In this document: one piece after another, positions 8,881 through 19,799 of the stretch
Layout of the letters: every line of letters starts with the position of its first letter
Numbering within the stretch: position 1 is the first letter of the stretch
Notes under the pieces: generated by a model
Seen by the model: the letters and a program-made list of their open reading frames with translations, nothing else
The model's database searches: none
Told to the model about the DNA's origin: nothing
NCBI GenBank assembly: GCA_036676395.1
Contig: JAKFCY010000002.1
Coordinates: forward strand, 96,001-160,000
DNA length: 64,000 nucleotides
From: Bdellovibrio sp.
GTDB lineage: Bacteria; Bdellovibrionota; Bdellovibrionia; Bdellovibrionales; Bdellovibrionaceae
Direction: 5' to 3'
Program-made: the position numbers and the translations under genes

Positions 8881-9531
8881 ATGCAAAAATATTCATTCAC
8901 AAATCTTGTTTTGATGTTCGCGGTTCTGATTAGCTTTTTTATGGCAGGTTGTGCGGGCACGCAAGAAAAGCCACAAGCCGGTGATATTAAGTATGTTGAA
9001 AGTAAGGCGCTTATCGAAGATAAGACAAAAAACTCTTCGAATTCGGCCTCGATTGATTTGTTCTATTTGCAAGATAATGTCATTCGCATGGAAGTGACCG
9101 CTCTTTTGGGTTACCGCCTTGGTAGCTTGGTTATGAATTCACAAAAAGTAGCTTACGCTCTTCATCCGCAAAAAGCATTTGTTGAAGGCCCTTTTGCTGC
9201 ACGCACGATGAAGCCGCTATTTCGCCAGGATTTAGACCCACGTTTGATTTGGGCCGTGGTGTTTGACCGCGATCTAAAAACCTTCGGCTTTAACTGCACT
9301 ACCGTCGCAAAAACACAGACTTGTCTAGGAAGTTCGGCCACTGAAGGGGTATCGGTCACGCTTCAACATATGGGCGAAAGCGAAACCGGGCCATTAAAGA
9401 AAATCACCATAGAAAACGCCAAGTTAAAGTTTGTTTGGCTCTATAAAGCGATTAAGAAACATAATAAGTCTTATAACGAGACCTTTGTCCTGAATAAGCC
9501 AGAAGAATATCGTCTAATCACTATAAAATAA
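8881..9531 (+). CDS. Lipoprotein, possibly LolA/LolB-fold (LolB/DUF4292-like)
   Basis: Lipobox MAGC; IRMEVTALLGYRLGSLVM resembles the LolB-type strand-turn pattern; lies downstream of a TPR lipoprotein gene. Confidence 0.55.
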   Translation: MQKYSFTNLVLMFAVLISFFMAGCAGTQEKPQAGDIKYVESKALIEDKTKNSSNSASIDLFYLQDNVIRMEVTALLGYRLGSLVMNSQKVAYALHPQKAFVEGPFAARTMKPLFRQDLDPRLIWAVVFDRDLKTFGFNCTTVAKTQTCLGSSATEGVSVTLQHMGESETGPLKKITIENAKLKFVWLYKAIKKHNKSYNETFVLNKPEEYRLITIK

Positions 9532-9625
9532 TTTTACTTCGCTAACCGAAATAACAACGGGCATAATCTAAGTAAGAAGCTCTCGCTTTTATCTCAAAGC
9601 GAGGCACTTATGGAGGAGAACCACT

Positions 9626-11704
9626 ATGTCGTCTTCTATTAATCTTCGCACCCTGGTTGAAAAGCATCAACAGGCCAGCAATAAGAAAACAGCCTCGCAT
9701 TGGACGGGTACTTTTAATGAGTATTTAGAGCTAGTGAAGAAAAATCCTAAGTTATCCAGAAACGCTTATCAGCGTATGTATGACATGATTATCGAAGCCG
9801 GTACTGAAGAGTACGTGGATTTCAAAAAACATGTTATTCGCTATAAATTTTTTGATGATAAACCAAATAACGGCAAAGACGCTATTTTTGGTTTAGATGT
9901 TCAGTTAATGAAATTCGTAAACATTCTTAAAGCGGCATCTTTAGGATACGGAACTGAAAAACGCGTGATCTTACTTCACGGACCAGTAGGTTCTGCAAAG
10001 TCTTCGATCTGCCGTGTACTAAAAAAAGGTTTAGAAGAATATTCGCACACAGACACGGGTGCGCTATTTACCTTTGAATGGGTGATTGAAGATGCGAAGC
10101 TTTCGCACTTACTTGGAAAAGACACAAAAGTTTTTCCAACGCCGATGAATGAAGAGCCTTTATGGTTAATTCCAGATGATATGCGCCAAACTGTGTGTGA
10201 TGAAATCAATCGTTCGCAAGACGGTGATTACCGTGTGAAAATCACGGGCGAATTATGCCCGCCTTCACGTTTTATCTTTAAACATTTAATGGATCACTAC
10301 GAAGGTGATCTGATGAAGGTTTTAAATCACGTGCGTGTAAAACGTATGTTTATCTCTGAAGCTGACCGCGTAGGTATTGGTACCTTTCAGCCGAAAGATG
10401 AAAAGAATCAGGATTCTACAGAATTAACCGGTGATATTAATTACCGTAAAATTGCTGAATACGGTTCAGATTCAGATCCACGTGCATTTAACTTTGATGG
10501 TGAGTTCAACGTTGCCAACCGCGGAATGATTGAATTCGTAGAAGTTCTGAAATTAGATGTGGCCTTTTTGTACGATTTATTAGGAGCTTCGCAAGAGCAT
10601 AGAATTAAACCCAAAAAATTCGCGCAAACGTATATCGATGAAGTTATTATTGGTCACACCAATGAACCAGAGTACAGAAGACTTCAAGATAATGAATTTA
10701 TGGAGGCCTTGCGTGATCGTACTGTTAAAGTCGACGTGCCGTATATCACTCGTTTAAAGCAAGAAGTGAATATCTATAAAAAAGATTTTAACTCGCAAAA
10801 ATTGCGGGGAATTTCCATTGCGCCACATACGATCGAAATGGCTGCAATGTGGGCGATTTTAACCCGCTTAGAAAAACCGAAAAAAGCAAACTTAACAAGA
10901 TTACAAAAACTAAAACTTTATAACGGTAAAACTTTAGCGAATTACACTGAAGATAACGTAAAAGAATTACGTAAAGAAACATTACGTGAAGGTTTAGACG
11001 GGATTTCTCCTCGATATATCCAGGATAAATTATCAAATGCACTTGTTATGGCCCAGCAGATGAATAAAGGTTCTGTGAATCCATTTATGGTGATGAATGA
11101 ATTAGAGAGCGGTTTAAAAAATCACTCGTTAATTTCAGATGAAGAGAAAAAAACAGAATACCGTGAATTACTTGGTGTTGTAAAACAAGAGTACGAAGAA
11201 ATCATTAAAGGTGAAGTTCAACGTGCGATCAGTGCGGATGACAGCGCATTACAACGTTTGTGTGCAAATTACATTGATAGTGTCAAAGCTTACACGCAAA
11301 AAGAAAAAGTTCGTAACCAGTTTACCGGACAGGATGATGATCCAGATGAAAGACTAATGCGCGCGATTGAGGAAAAAATCGAAATTCCTGAATCACGCAA
11401 AGATGACTTTCGTAGAGAGATCATGAACTACATCGGGGCCTTGTCATTAGATGGTAAAAAATTTAATTACAAAATGAACGAACGTCTTCATAAAGCTTTA
11501 GAATTAAAACTTTTCGAAGATCAAAAAGACAGTATCAAATTAACGTCTTTAGTAAGCTCAGTGACAGACAAAGACACGCAGGAAAAAATAGAAATCGTTA
11601 AATCCCGTCTGATTAAAGACTTTGGATACGACGAAATTTCTGCAACCGATGTTTTACATTACGTAGCCAGCATCTTCGCCCGCGGAGATGTGAAAAAGCA
11701 ATAA
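9626..11704 (+). CDS. prkA: PrkA/YeaG family AAA serine protein kinase
   Basis: Walker [48 protein letters not shown]. Confidence 0.95.
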   Translation: MSSSINLRTLVEKHQQASNKKTASHWTGTFNEYLELVKKNPKLSRNAYQRMYDMIIEAGTEEYVDFKKHVIRYKFFDDKPNNGKDAIFGLDVQLMKFVNILKAASLGYGTEKRVILLHGPVGSAKSSICRVLKKGLEEYSHTDTGALFTFEWVIEDAKLSHLLGKDTKVFPTPMNEEPLWLIPDDMRQTVCDEINRSQDGDYRVKITGELCPPSRFIFKHLMDHYEGDLMKVLNHVRVKRMFISEADRVGIGTFQPKDEKNQDSTELTGDINYRKIAEYGSDSDPRAFNFDGEFNVANRGMIEFVEVLKLDVAFLYDLLGASQEHRIKPKKFAQTYIDEVIIGHTNEPEYRRLQDNEFMEALRDRTVKVDVPYITRLKQEVNIYKKDFNSQKLRGISIAPHTIEMAAMWAILTRLEKPKKANLTRLQKLKLYNGKTLANYTEDNVKELRKETLREGLDGISPRYIQDKLSNALVMAQQMNKGSVNPFMVMNELESGLKNHSLISDEEKKTEYRELLGVVKQEYEEIIKGEVQRAISADDSALQRLCANYIDSVKAYTQKEKVRNQFTGQDDDPDERLMRAIEEKIEIPESRKDDFRREIMNYIGALSLDGKKFNYKMNERLHKALELKLFEDQKDSIKLTSLVSSVTDKDTQEKIEIVKSRLIKDFGYDEISATDVLHYVASIFARGDVKKQ

Positions 11705-11716
11705 AGGAAAGAAACC

Positions 11717-12826
11717 ATGCCCATTCGCGAGGACCAAAACCGATTTAAAAGTATAGTTAAAGGGCGGGTCCGTGACGATTTTAAAAAATATGTCACGAAT
11801 GGGGAGCTGATCGGCAAACGCGAAGACGAATTCGTAAAAATCCCGCTTCCGCGTATTGATATTCCTACTTTTCGTTATGGTCCTAAACAAGATCAACAAG
11901 GTGTTGGTCAAGGTGAAGGTGAAGGCGATCCGCAACAGGGTCAAGGCCAAGGCCAACCAGGCTCTGGCAAAGGTGAAGCCGGTGAAAATCCTGGCGAACA
12001 CATGCTTGAAGTTGAAATTTCTTTAGAAGAATTAGCCGAAATTTTAGGTGAAAAGTTACAGCTTCCACGTATTTTACCCAAAGGCACTGCGAATTTAGTG
12101 ACTGAAAAAACGCGTTACTCGGGCATTGCCCCAGTGGGGCCTGAAGGACTTCGAAAATTCAAACAAACTTATAAAAAAGCATTGTCCCGTTATATTTCTT
12201 CAGGAAATTATAACCCGGATGATCCGGTGATTATCCCGATTAGAAGTGATTACCAGTATCGCACGATGAAAAAAACGCAGAAACCGCATACGAAAGCTGT
12301 CGTGATCTACATGATGGACGTGTCGGGTTCAATGGGTGAGGAGCAAAAAGAGATCGTTAGATTGGAATCTTTTTGGATCAACACCTGGCTTAAAAAACAT
12401 TACAAGGGTTTAGATACCCGCTTTATCATTCACGATGCAGCGGCAAAAGAAGTTGATGAAAACACTTTTTTTAAAACCAGTGAATCAGGCGGCACGCTAA
12501 TTAGTTCGGCCTATAAACTTTGCCAACAAATTATCGATGCCGAATACCCAGCTGATGAATGGAATATTTATCCCTTTCACTTTTCAGATGGCGATAACTG
12601 GAGCGGCGAAGACACAAGATTATGTGTGCAGCTGATCAAAGAATATTTTCTACCTCGCGTGAATGTATTTTCTTACGGACAAGTTGAAAGTAAATACGGA
12701 AGTGGTCAGTTTTTAAAAGATCTGCAAAAAGAATTTGGCGATGATGACCAAGTTACTTTAAGCCAAATCGAATCACGCGATAAGATTTTAGATTCAATCA
12801 AAGATTTCTTAGGTAAAGGCAAATAG
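11717..12826 (+). CDS. YeaH/YhbH (DUF444) family protein
   Basis: Gly/Gln-rich linker, MMDVSGSM vWA motif, FHFSDGDNW; between prkA and spoVR. Confidence 0.93.
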   Translation: MPIREDQNRFKSIVKGRVRDDFKKYVTNGELIGKREDEFVKIPLPRIDIPTFRYGPKQDQQGVGQGEGEGDPQQGQGQGQPGSGKGEAGENPGEHMLEVEISLEELAEILGEKLQLPRILPKGTANLVTEKTRYSGIAPVGPEGLRKFKQTYKKALSRYISSGNYNPDDPVIIPIRSDYQYRTMKKTQKPHTKAVVIYMMDVSGSMGEEQKEIVRLESFWINTWLKKHYKGLDTRFIIHDAAAKEVDENTFFKTSESGGTLISSAYKLCQQIIDAEYPADEWNIYPFHFSDGDNWSGEDTRLCVQLIKEYFLPRVNVFSYGQVESKYGSGQFLKDLQKEFGDDDQVTLSQIESRDKILDSIKDFLGKGK

Positions 12827-12827
12827 T

Positions 12828-14351
12828 ATGGCAAATTTATCTCTTGAGTTAGAAGCAGAACGCAAAAAGATCAGCCAAGTCGCAAAAAATGTGGGTCTTG
12901 ATTGTTTTGAAACTATTTTTGAAATGGTTAACTTTGATCAGATCTCTCAATTTGCCAGCTATGGCGGTTTTCCCGTGCGTTATCCACACTGGCGCTTTGG
13001 TATGGAGTACGAACAACTTTCGAAATCTTATGAATATGGTTTATCTAAAATCTATGAAATGGTGATCAACACTGATCCTTGTTATGCCTACTTGATGGAA
13101 GGCAATTCCATGATGGATCAAAAACTTGTGATGGCGCACGTTTACGGGCACTGTGACTTTTTTAAAAATAATATTTGGTTTTCTAAAACAAATCGCAAAA
13201 TGATGGATCAAATGGCTAATCATGCCACCCGCATTCGTCAATACATAGATCGTCATGGTTATGAAGAGGTCGAAAAATTCATCGATCTTTGTTTAAGTTT
13301 AGAAAACTTAATTGATCGTTATTCGATCTTAAATGGTCCGACCCAGTTTACTGAGAAAAAACCGCAGGTGCGTGAATCTGATTTCGTGTTTCAGGTCGAA
13401 AAATCCTACATGAAAAATTACATCAATCCGCCAGATGTTGTGGCAGAGTTTAAAAAAGACCAAATGCAGAAGATGGCCGACAAGGCCCAGTTTCCAGCCG
13501 ACCCAGTTCGCGACATCTTAACATTTCTGATACATTATGCGCCACTTGAAGAGTGGCAGCAGGATGTTTTGTCGATCATTAAAGATGAATCTTACTATTT
13601 TGCTCCGCAAGGAATGACTAAAACCATGAACGAAGGCTGGGCGTCGTACTGGCATTCGCACATTATGACTAAGCATATTTTAAATGATTCAGAGATTGTC
13701 GATTTCGCCGATCATCACGCAGGAGCCATGTTTATGAAAATTGGCGGGTATAATCCGTACAAAGTAGGCATTGAACTGATGCGCGAAATAGAAGAAAGAT
13801 GGAATAAAGGAAAATTCGGTCGTGATTGGGAAGAGTGTGATGATGTTAATGAGCGTAAACACTGGGATAAAAAGTTAAATTTAGGGCTCGAGAAGATCTT
13901 TGAAGTTCGCAAGATTTATAATGACGTGACATTTATTGACGAGTTTTTAACAGAAGACTTTTGCATTCGAAACAAAATGTTCGTCTATAAAATGAATAAA
14001 GAAACCGGTCGTTTTGAAGTGGATACCCGTGACTTCAAGGCCATCAAGGCGCAGCTCTTGTTTCAATTAACGAATTTCGGACAGCCCATCATCAGAATAG
14101 AAAACGCGAATTTTGAAAATCGCGGCGAGCTTTTATTAAGACACGTTCATGAAGGTTTGGATCTACAGCCTAATTATATGGACGCCACAATGAAAAACTT
14201 AAACAAACTGTGGAAGCGTCCGGTAAATATGATTACGGTTATGGATAACGAGCCGCAGCTTTTCAGATTCGATGGTAAGGAATATACCAAACACAGCTTA
14301 ACAGAAAATAACAATTCTCAGGCTGAGCCGTCTCACAAAGATTCAGAATAG
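12828..14351 (+). CDS. SpoVR/YcgB family protein
   Basis: GFPVRYPHWRFG, YEMVINTDPCYAYL, AHVYGHCDFFKNN, TKTMNEGWASYWH, NPYKVG. Confidence 0.95.
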   Translation: MANLSLELEAERKKISQVAKNVGLDCFETIFEMVNFDQISQFASYGGFPVRYPHWRFGMEYEQLSKSYEYGLSKIYEMVINTDPCYAYLMEGNSMMDQKLVMAHVYGHCDFFKNNIWFSKTNRKMMDQMANHATRIRQYIDRHGYEEVEKFIDLCLSLENLIDRYSILNGPTQFTEKKPQVRESDFVFQVEKSYMKNYINPPDVVAEFKKDQMQKMADKAQFPADPVRDILTFLIHYAPLEEWQQDVLSIIKDESYYFAPQGMTKTMNEGWASYWHSHIMTKHILNDSEIVDFADHHAGAMFMKIGGYNPYKVGIELMREIEERWNKGKFGRDWEECDDVNERKHWDKKLNLGLEKIFEVRKIYNDVTFIDEFLTEDFCIRNKMFVYKMNKETGRFEVDTRDFKAIKAQLLFQLTNFGQPIIRIENANFENRGELLLRHVHEGLDLQPNYMDATMKNLNKLWKRPVNMITVMDNEPQLFRFDGKEYTKHSLTENNNSQAEPSHKDSE

Positions 14352-14445
14352 AACTTTACAATTCTTAACAGATCTTTGTTGTCTCACTTCGACTCGGAAA
14401 TGACGAATTTTCATTTTTTCGCATAGCTAATTTACAATTTAGTGT

Positions 14446-14859
14446 ATGATTTATCTATTGGGCGAGAGTCCTCTGGCGGAAATGGAACGTAATCTGAATA
14501 ATAAAAACCGCGTCTTAGTCTATAGCGATGATCCAAAAGATCAGGCGATAATGTCGGGTGACGGCGAAAGAAAAGCTTTCGAAGCCCAACAAAAAGCCCT
14601 CGTCGCTGAAAAGAAGTTTGTGATTGTTTTTCGAATCGAGAAGAACGGTCGCGGCGGCAAGACGGTGACGGTTTTAGATCAATTACCTGCGTACGATCCA
14701 TTCCTGAAAGAATTAACTAAAGAATTGAAAGCTAAGTGCGGCGTCGGTGGAATGCATTTCATCGAAAATGGAAAAGGCTGCATTGAGATTCAAGGCGACA
14801 AGCGGGATGCGATTAAAAAGATATTGGATGTCAAAACCATGAAGTACAAAGGGGCCTAA
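14446..14859 (+). CDS. Translation initiation factor SUI1 / YciH family protein (true start may be further downstream)
   Basis: EKNGRGGKTVTV, KELKAKCGVGG, IEIQGD. Confidence 0.9.
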   Translation: MIYLLGESPLAEMERNLNNKNRVLVYSDDPKDQAIMSGDGERKAFEAQQKALVAEKKFVIVFRIEKNGRGGKTVTVLDQLPAYDPFLKELTKELKAKCGVGGMHFIENGKGCIEIQGDKRDAIKKILDVKTMKYKGA

Positions 14860-14862
14860 TAA

Positions 14863-15570
14863 ATGAATAAAGTCGTCATCATTGATGATCTTGTTGATAG
14901 TTGCTCAGTGATCTCTGAAATTCTAAGTCCGTATTTTGAGTGTAAGACAACTTCTGAATCGTATTCAGCATTAGAGTTAATTTTAGAGTTCAAACCAAAT
15001 ATCGTTCTAATGGATTACCAAATGCCACGTTTAAACGGGGCCGAGTTATGCAAGAATTTAAAAGAGAACCCGCAAACTAAAGATATCCCGATTATTTTTA
15101 TGTCTGGTGTGGCCACAGAAGACGAGCGCGTTGAAACTTTAGAATTAGGTGGCGATGATTTTATTGCTAAACCTTTTCATCCTAAAGAATTAATTCTTCG
15201 CCTGAAAAAGCGTATTCATGGTTACACAGTTAAACAGCCCGTGGATAATGGGGTTGTGATCGCAAATATCAATGCGGCTACATTAACTGTGGGTAATTTA
15301 AGAATGAATTTAAATTCACGTTTAGTGTATGTGAATGAACGGGAAATTACGTTAACTCCAAAACAGTTCGAAATTTTAAAGCTGTTGATTGAAAATCAGA
15401 ACCATCTGGTATCCCGCAGCACGTTTATGGAAGAAGTCTGGGGCCATTTTGAAGTGACTCCGCGAAATGTGGATTCGCAGATTAATTACCTGAAAAAGAA
15501 AATCGAAGGATTTCAGGGAATTATCACTGCAGTTCCTAGTTTTGGTTACAGATTAGACCATAAAAATTAA
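14863..15570 (+). CDS. OmpR-family response regulator
   Basis: REC (IIDD, MDYQMP, KPF) plus winged helix (LTPKQFEIL, RNVDSQINYLKKK, SFGY). Confidence 0.93.
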   Translation: MNKVVIIDDLVDSCSVISEILSPYFECKTTSESYSALELILEFKPNIVLMDYQMPRLNGAELCKNLKENPQTKDIPIIFMSGVATEDERVETLELGGDDFIAKPFHPKELILRLKKRIHGYTVKQPVDNGVVIANINAATLTVGNLRMNLNSRLVYVNEREITLTPKQFEILKLLIENQNHLVSRSTFMEEVWGHFEVTPRNVDSQINYLKKKIEGFQGIITAVPSFGYRLDHKN

Positions 15571-15645
15571 AATTAGGTTCGGGGCGAAAATCTCCGAAGT
15601 GGATCAGGGATTGATCTTAGAGATAAAAGTTAGTTAAATGTAGCC

Positions 15646-16455
15646 ATGAAAACTACAAAACTAATTTTATTTACTCTTACTTTTATTATTCTCAGTTGTA
15701 AAACTAGCCCTGAATCTGCAGGGATTAGTGAAGAAGAAATCAATGCGGAAGCCGCCAAAGCCTACGCTCAAGTTAAATCCAAAGCAAAAATTTCAACAAA
15801 TCAAGAATGGACTGCGATGGTTAATCGCGTAGCTAAGCGTATCGCATTAGCTTCAGGTAAACCTTATAATTGGGAAGTGGTTCTTATCGATGACCCTCAG
15901 ATCAATGCTTGGTGTATGCCTGGCGGAAAGATGGCGGTTTACACCGGTATATTGCCAGTTGTAAAAACTGAAGCAGCCTTGGCCGCAGTTATGGGCCATG
16001 AAGTGGCGCATGCAACATTAAAACATGGGCTTGCACATTACGCTCGCGCGAAACAAAGCAATATGATTGGTGCTGTTGTTGGTGTCGGAACGATCTTAGC
16101 TGGCGAACTTCTTTGTAAAACTGATTCGTGTAAAAAGTGGGCGCAAATAGGCGGCGTGGCCGGTGGGTTTGCGGTCGCTTTCTTTGATATGAAATTTTCG
16201 CGTGAAGATGAATCTTCAGCAGATAAAGAAGGTCAAATATTCATGGCAGATGCCGGCTATGAACCAAGTGAATCAATTAAACTTTGGGAGCGTATGGGCG
16301 CGGCAGCTGGTGCGGGAAAACCCCCAGAAATTTTATCGACACATCCGTCTGATTCAACTCGTCGTGGTAATTTAACAAATTGGTTACCTGTGGCTCAAGC
16401 CAGATATCAAGCGGCTCCGCAAAAATTTGGTTTAGGCGCCACGATCGTTAAGTAG
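15646..16455 (+). CDS. M48 family metallopeptidase lipoprotein
   Basis: Lipobox LSC, NAWCMPGG, GHEVAH, FSREDESSAD, LSTHP. Confidence 0.93.
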   Translation: MKTTKLILFTLTFIILSCKTSPESAGISEEEINAEAAKAYAQVKSKAKISTNQEWTAMVNRVAKRIALASGKPYNWEVVLIDDPQINAWCMPGGKMAVYTGILPVVKTEAALAAVMGHEVAHATLKHGLAHYARAKQSNMIGAVVGVGTILAGELLCKTDSCKKWAQIGGVAGGFAVAFFDMKFSREDESSADKEGQIFMADAGYEPSESIKLWERMGAAAGAGKPPEILSTHPSDSTRRGNLTNWLPVAQARYQAAPQKFGLGATIVK

Positions 16456-16930
16456 ATTTTTTTTCGAGACGTTTTTCTTTAAAAAATTTTTTTAATAAAT
16501 GACTGCATTCATTTTGCATTAAGCCGCTTTCGGCAATGAAGCGGTGATTTAATTTTGCATGCGCTGATAAATTATCGAGTGAACCCATCGCTCCGGCTTT
16601 AGGATCATGGGTGGCAAATACGACTCGTTTAATTCGCGACTGAACAAGAGCGCCGGCGCACATAAAGCACGGTTCAAGAGTCACATACAAAGTGCAATCA
16701 ATCAGGCGCCAAGATTTTTTCGTCCGGCACGCACGATGAAGCGCTAAAAGTTCGGCGTGGCCAAGCACGGTATTTATGGTTTCGCGGGTGTTTGCAGCCT
16801 TGGCGATGACTTTGCCTTCGCCATCAACAATGACAGCGCCAATGGGAACTTCGCCATTTTTTTCAGCTTGTTGCGCTAATTTAAAGGCGATTTTCATGAA
16901 TTTATGGTCGGCTTGGGTAAATTGGTTCAT
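16448..16930 (-). CDS. tadA: tRNA adenosine(34) deaminase
   Basis: GEVPIGAV, HAE, LYVTLEPCFMCAGA, DPKAGA. Confidence 0.92.
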   Translation of the reverse strand: MNQFTQADHKFMKIAFKLAQQAEKNGEVPIGAVIVDGEGKVIAKAANTRETINTVLGHAELLALHRACRTKKSWRLIDCTLYVTLEPCFMCAGALVQSRIKRVVFATHDPKAGAMGSLDNLSAHAKLNHRFIAESGLMQNECSHLLKKFFKEKRLEKKST

Positions 16931-17073
16931 CTCTAAGCTCAGTCTTAGTATAAAACCCTGATTATTTTAACTAAATGGTCTTGCCGCGCTAAGTCATACA
17001 GTGTAAATAGACACCTCGGTTGTTAATAATCTTGTTTGCTTATAAGTCATATCGAGAGGCAGGTGAATTCCAA

Positions 17074-17280
17074 ATGGCATTAGTTAAAATCAGAGACGGT
17101 GAATCTTTTGAATCAGCATTCAGAAAATTTAAAAAGTCTTGTGAAAAAGCTGGTATCCTTTCAGAAGTTAAAAAACGCGAACACTTCGAAAAACCAAGCG
17201 TATCTGCTAAGAAAAAATCTATCGCTGCTCGCAAACGCGCTACGAAAAAAACTCGTGGTGGTTTCAGAGACCGCGACTAG
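17074..17280 (+). CDS. rpsU: 30S ribosomal protein S21
   Basis: [33 protein letters not shown]; heads the yqeY-dnaG-rpoD operon. Start set at ATG 17074. Confidence 0.97.
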   Translation: MALVKIRDGESFESAFRKFKKSCEKAGILSEVKKREHFEKPSVSAKKKSIAARKRATKKTRGGFRDRD

Positions 17281-17305
17281 TTTGTAAATTAAGTTTACAG
17301 CTTAT

Positions 17306-17347
17306 AGAGCTCTTAGGGATTAATTTCTTAAGAGCTCTTTTTATTTT
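17306..17347 (+). terminator. Intra-operon terminator after rpsU
   Basis: AGAGCTCTTA...TAAGAGCTCT inverted repeat followed by TTTTATTTT. Confidence 0.8.
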
Positions 17348-17375
17348 AAAAACATATTTCTCAAGGGAGTCGTCC

Positions 17376-17822
17376 ATGGAATTTAAAGACCAATTAATGG
17401 CTGATATCAAAGCCGCAATGATTGCTAAAGATTCAGTAAAATTAAACACACTTCGTTTTTTACACGCGGCGATCAAGCAAAAAGAAATTGATTCACGTCC
17501 AGAACCATTAACTGCTGACGATGTTATGGCTGTTCTAAAAAAATTAGTTAAACAACGTAAAGAATCTATCGAACAATTCGGTGTTGCAGGTCGTACTGAT
17601 TTAGTTGACCAAGAAACTGCTGAATTAAAAGTGATGGAAGTTTACTTGCCAGCGCAAATGTCTCGTGAACAAATTGAAAAAGTTGTTGCTGAAGTGATCG
17701 CTGAAACAGGCGCTACTACAGTTAAAGACATGGGCACAGTGATGAAAGCTGTTCAGGCAAAAACTGCTGGCACTGCAGACGGCAAAACAATTAGCGAAGT
17801 GATTAAGTCAAAACTGAACTAA
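17376..17822 (+). CDS. GatB/YqeY domain protein
   Basis: KQRKESIEQF...GRTDL...E...YLPAQMS, DMGTVMK. Confidence 0.93.
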   Translation: MEFKDQLMADIKAAMIAKDSVKLNTLRFLHAAIKQKEIDSRPEPLTADDVMAVLKKLVKQRKESIEQFGVAGRTDLVDQETAELKVMEVYLPAQMSREQIEKVVAEVIAETGATTVKDMGTVMKAVQAKTAGTADGKTISEVIKSKLN

Positions 17823-17823
17823 T

Positions 17824-19743
17824 TTGGGTTACAAGCAAGAATTCATCGAGAAGGTCATCGCCGCATCAAACCTTGTCGATATCATTTCACAGTACACAAC
17901 GCTAAAACCCACTGGCCGCGGGCATATGGGGCGCTGTCCTTTTCCTGATCATCAGGAGAAGACGGCATCTTTTTCTGTTAGCGAATTCAAAGGTGTTTAT
18001 CATTGTTTCGGTTGTAAAAAATCCGGCAATGTAACGACGTTCTTGCGTGATTTTAACGGCATGAGTTTTCCCGATTCAATTGCGTATTTAGCAGAACGTA
18101 ACGGAATTCCAATTACTGATGATGCCTTTGAGAATAATCGCCCGGATTATTCAAATGAAGATAAAGATCAGAAAAAAACTTTGTTGCGTGCAAATAAAAT
18201 TGCCGCTGATTTTTTTAAAGAAATGTTGAAACGTCAATCGACAGATTCACAAATTCGCCAATATGTTTTAAAAAGAAAATTAAATCCTGAAACGATTGAA
18301 GAATTTCAAATCGGTTATGCGCCGAATGAATGGGAAGCCTTAGGCCAACAGTTGAATCGCAGTTCGATTCCCGTAGAAGTAGCTGAAGAAGCACAGCTAG
18401 TGCGAAAACGTAAAGAAGGCCAAGGCTACTTCGATATGTTTCGTGACCGTCTAATGTTTCCGATTCATTCTCCGACTGGTGATGTGCTGGCCTTTGGTGG
18501 CCGTATCATCGAACAAGGTGAACCAAAATATTTAAATTCTCCTGAGACTCCGGTATTTCATAAAGGCAAAGTTCTTTATGGCTTAGCTCAAACCGCAAAA
18601 CATATTCGTTCAGACGATTTAGTTTTAGTGGTTGAAGGTTACATGGATTTAGTTTCAATTTACCAAGCGGGATTAAAAAATGTTGTCGCCACTATGGGAA
18701 CAGCATTAACCCCAGATCACGCTAAGCTTATTAAACGCTTAACAAATAATGTGGTTGTGCTTTTTGATGGTGATGACGCTGGTAAAATGGCCGCAGAACG
18801 CAGTCTTCCAATTCTGCTTTCTCAAGGATTATTTCCGCGCGGATTAACTTTAACTGAAGCCAAAGACCCCGATGAGTTTGTTATAAAATTTGGAACCGAA
18901 GCATTGAAAAAACAAATTGATTCAGCTCCTGATTTATTCAAAGTTGTTTTGAAATCGTGGATGAGTGACTACCGCGGTGAAGCTTCGGATAAAGTAAAAC
19001 TGGTCGATAAAATCAAACCTGTGTTTGATGCCATGGCTGACCAGCGTCTAAAAGGGCTCTATGCTGATGACCTTTGCCAGATTATGGGAGTCAATAAAGA
19101 CTGGCTTAGGAATTCTTTTCAGGGTAATACCGCAGGGCGCAACCAAGGTTATGGCCCTGCAGCGAGTACGAATTATCAAAAAAATTTAGTGACAGAAGAG
19201 CCGCAGCCTGTGCTTTCGGCAGAGGTAACTTCAGCGCAAATCGAAGAAAACCCGCAAATTAAAATTTCAGATGCCTCTAAAGTTGAGCTGATGTTATTGC
19301 AAAACACCCTCAAGAGTCGTGCCAATTTCGCTATTATGAGCGAGTTGCAAGAGCCTCTTTCATTCACGCAATTATTAAGCCAAATCAAACACTTAGGTGT
19401 AAAACAAATCCTCGAAATTGCCGAGCAAGATTATAGACAAGACGCAAATAAATTTGATAGGTTGGTCAGTCAGCTGATTGATAAAATTGATAAACCTGAG
19501 TTGCTTTTTCAAAACTCTAAACTCGACATCACCCAAATGGGTGAATTCGACGAAGAAAAAGAAAAAAAACTTATCGTGGATTTAATTTCTCGCATTCAGC
19601 AGGAGTTTATAAAAGATCAGGCAAAAAAATTATCGATAGACATTCGCTCAGACAAACTGAACCTGAATGATGAAGATAAACTTAGACAATTTTCTGAGTT
19701 GCAAAAAAGCCGTCTCGCCTTAAAAAGCGAATCTAAAAAATAA
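17824..19743 (+). CDS. dnaG: DNA primase
   Basis: Zn finger CPFPDHQEKTASF...CFGC, FRDRLMFPI, FGGR, KYLNSPET, TOPRIM VEGYMD and DGDDAG; TTG start. Confidence 0.97.
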   Translation: MGYKQEFIEKVIAASNLVDIISQYTTLKPTGRGHMGRCPFPDHQEKTASFSVSEFKGVYHCFGCKKSGNVTTFLRDFNGMSFPDSIAYLAERNGIPITDDAFENNRPDYSNEDKDQKKTLLRANKIAADFFKEMLKRQSTDSQIRQYVLKRKLNPETIEEFQIGYAPNEWEALGQQLNRSSIPVEVAEEAQLVRKRKEGQGYFDMFRDRLMFPIHSPTGDVLAFGGRIIEQGEPKYLNSPETPVFHKGKVLYGLAQTAKHIRSDDLVLVVEGYMDLVSIYQAGLKNVVATMGTALTPDHAKLIKRLTNNVVVLFDGDDAGKMAAERSLPILLSQGLFPRGLTLTEAKDPDEFVIKFGTEALKKQIDSAPDLFKVVLKSWMSDYRGEASDKVKLVDKIKPVFDAMADQRLKGLYADDLCQIMGVNKDWLRNSFQGNTAGRNQGYGPAASTNYQKNLVTEEPQPVLSAEVTSAQIEENPQIKISDASKVELMLLQNTLKSRANFAIMSELQEPLSFTQLLSQIKHLGVKQILEIAEQDYRQDANKFDRLVSQLIDKIDKPELLFQNSKLDITQMGEFDEEKEKKLIVDLISRIQQEFIKDQAKKLSIDIRSDKLNLNDEDKLRQFSELQKSRLALKSESKK

Positions 19744-19799
19744 ACTTAATGATTTTTGTTTTTTTAAATTTGATTTTTTTATTAGCCCCGTGAGGACAG

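Noticed and set aside
9559..9573. Sigma-54 promoter before prkA (GGGCATAATCTAAGT)
   Set aside because: The -12 dinucleotide is GT, not the near-invariant GC.
11890..11990. CAAGGT/GAAGGT repeats as a CRISPR or DNA repeat element
   Set aside because: They encode the normal Gly/Gln linker of YeaH; there is no repeat-spacer structure.
14330..14395. Two GTCTCA half-sites as further palindrome copies
   Set aside because: Second half-sites have three mismatches each.
17306..17347. Terminator inside the rpsU-dnaG-rpoD operon as a novelty
   Set aside because: A terminator after rpsU is an established feature of this operon.
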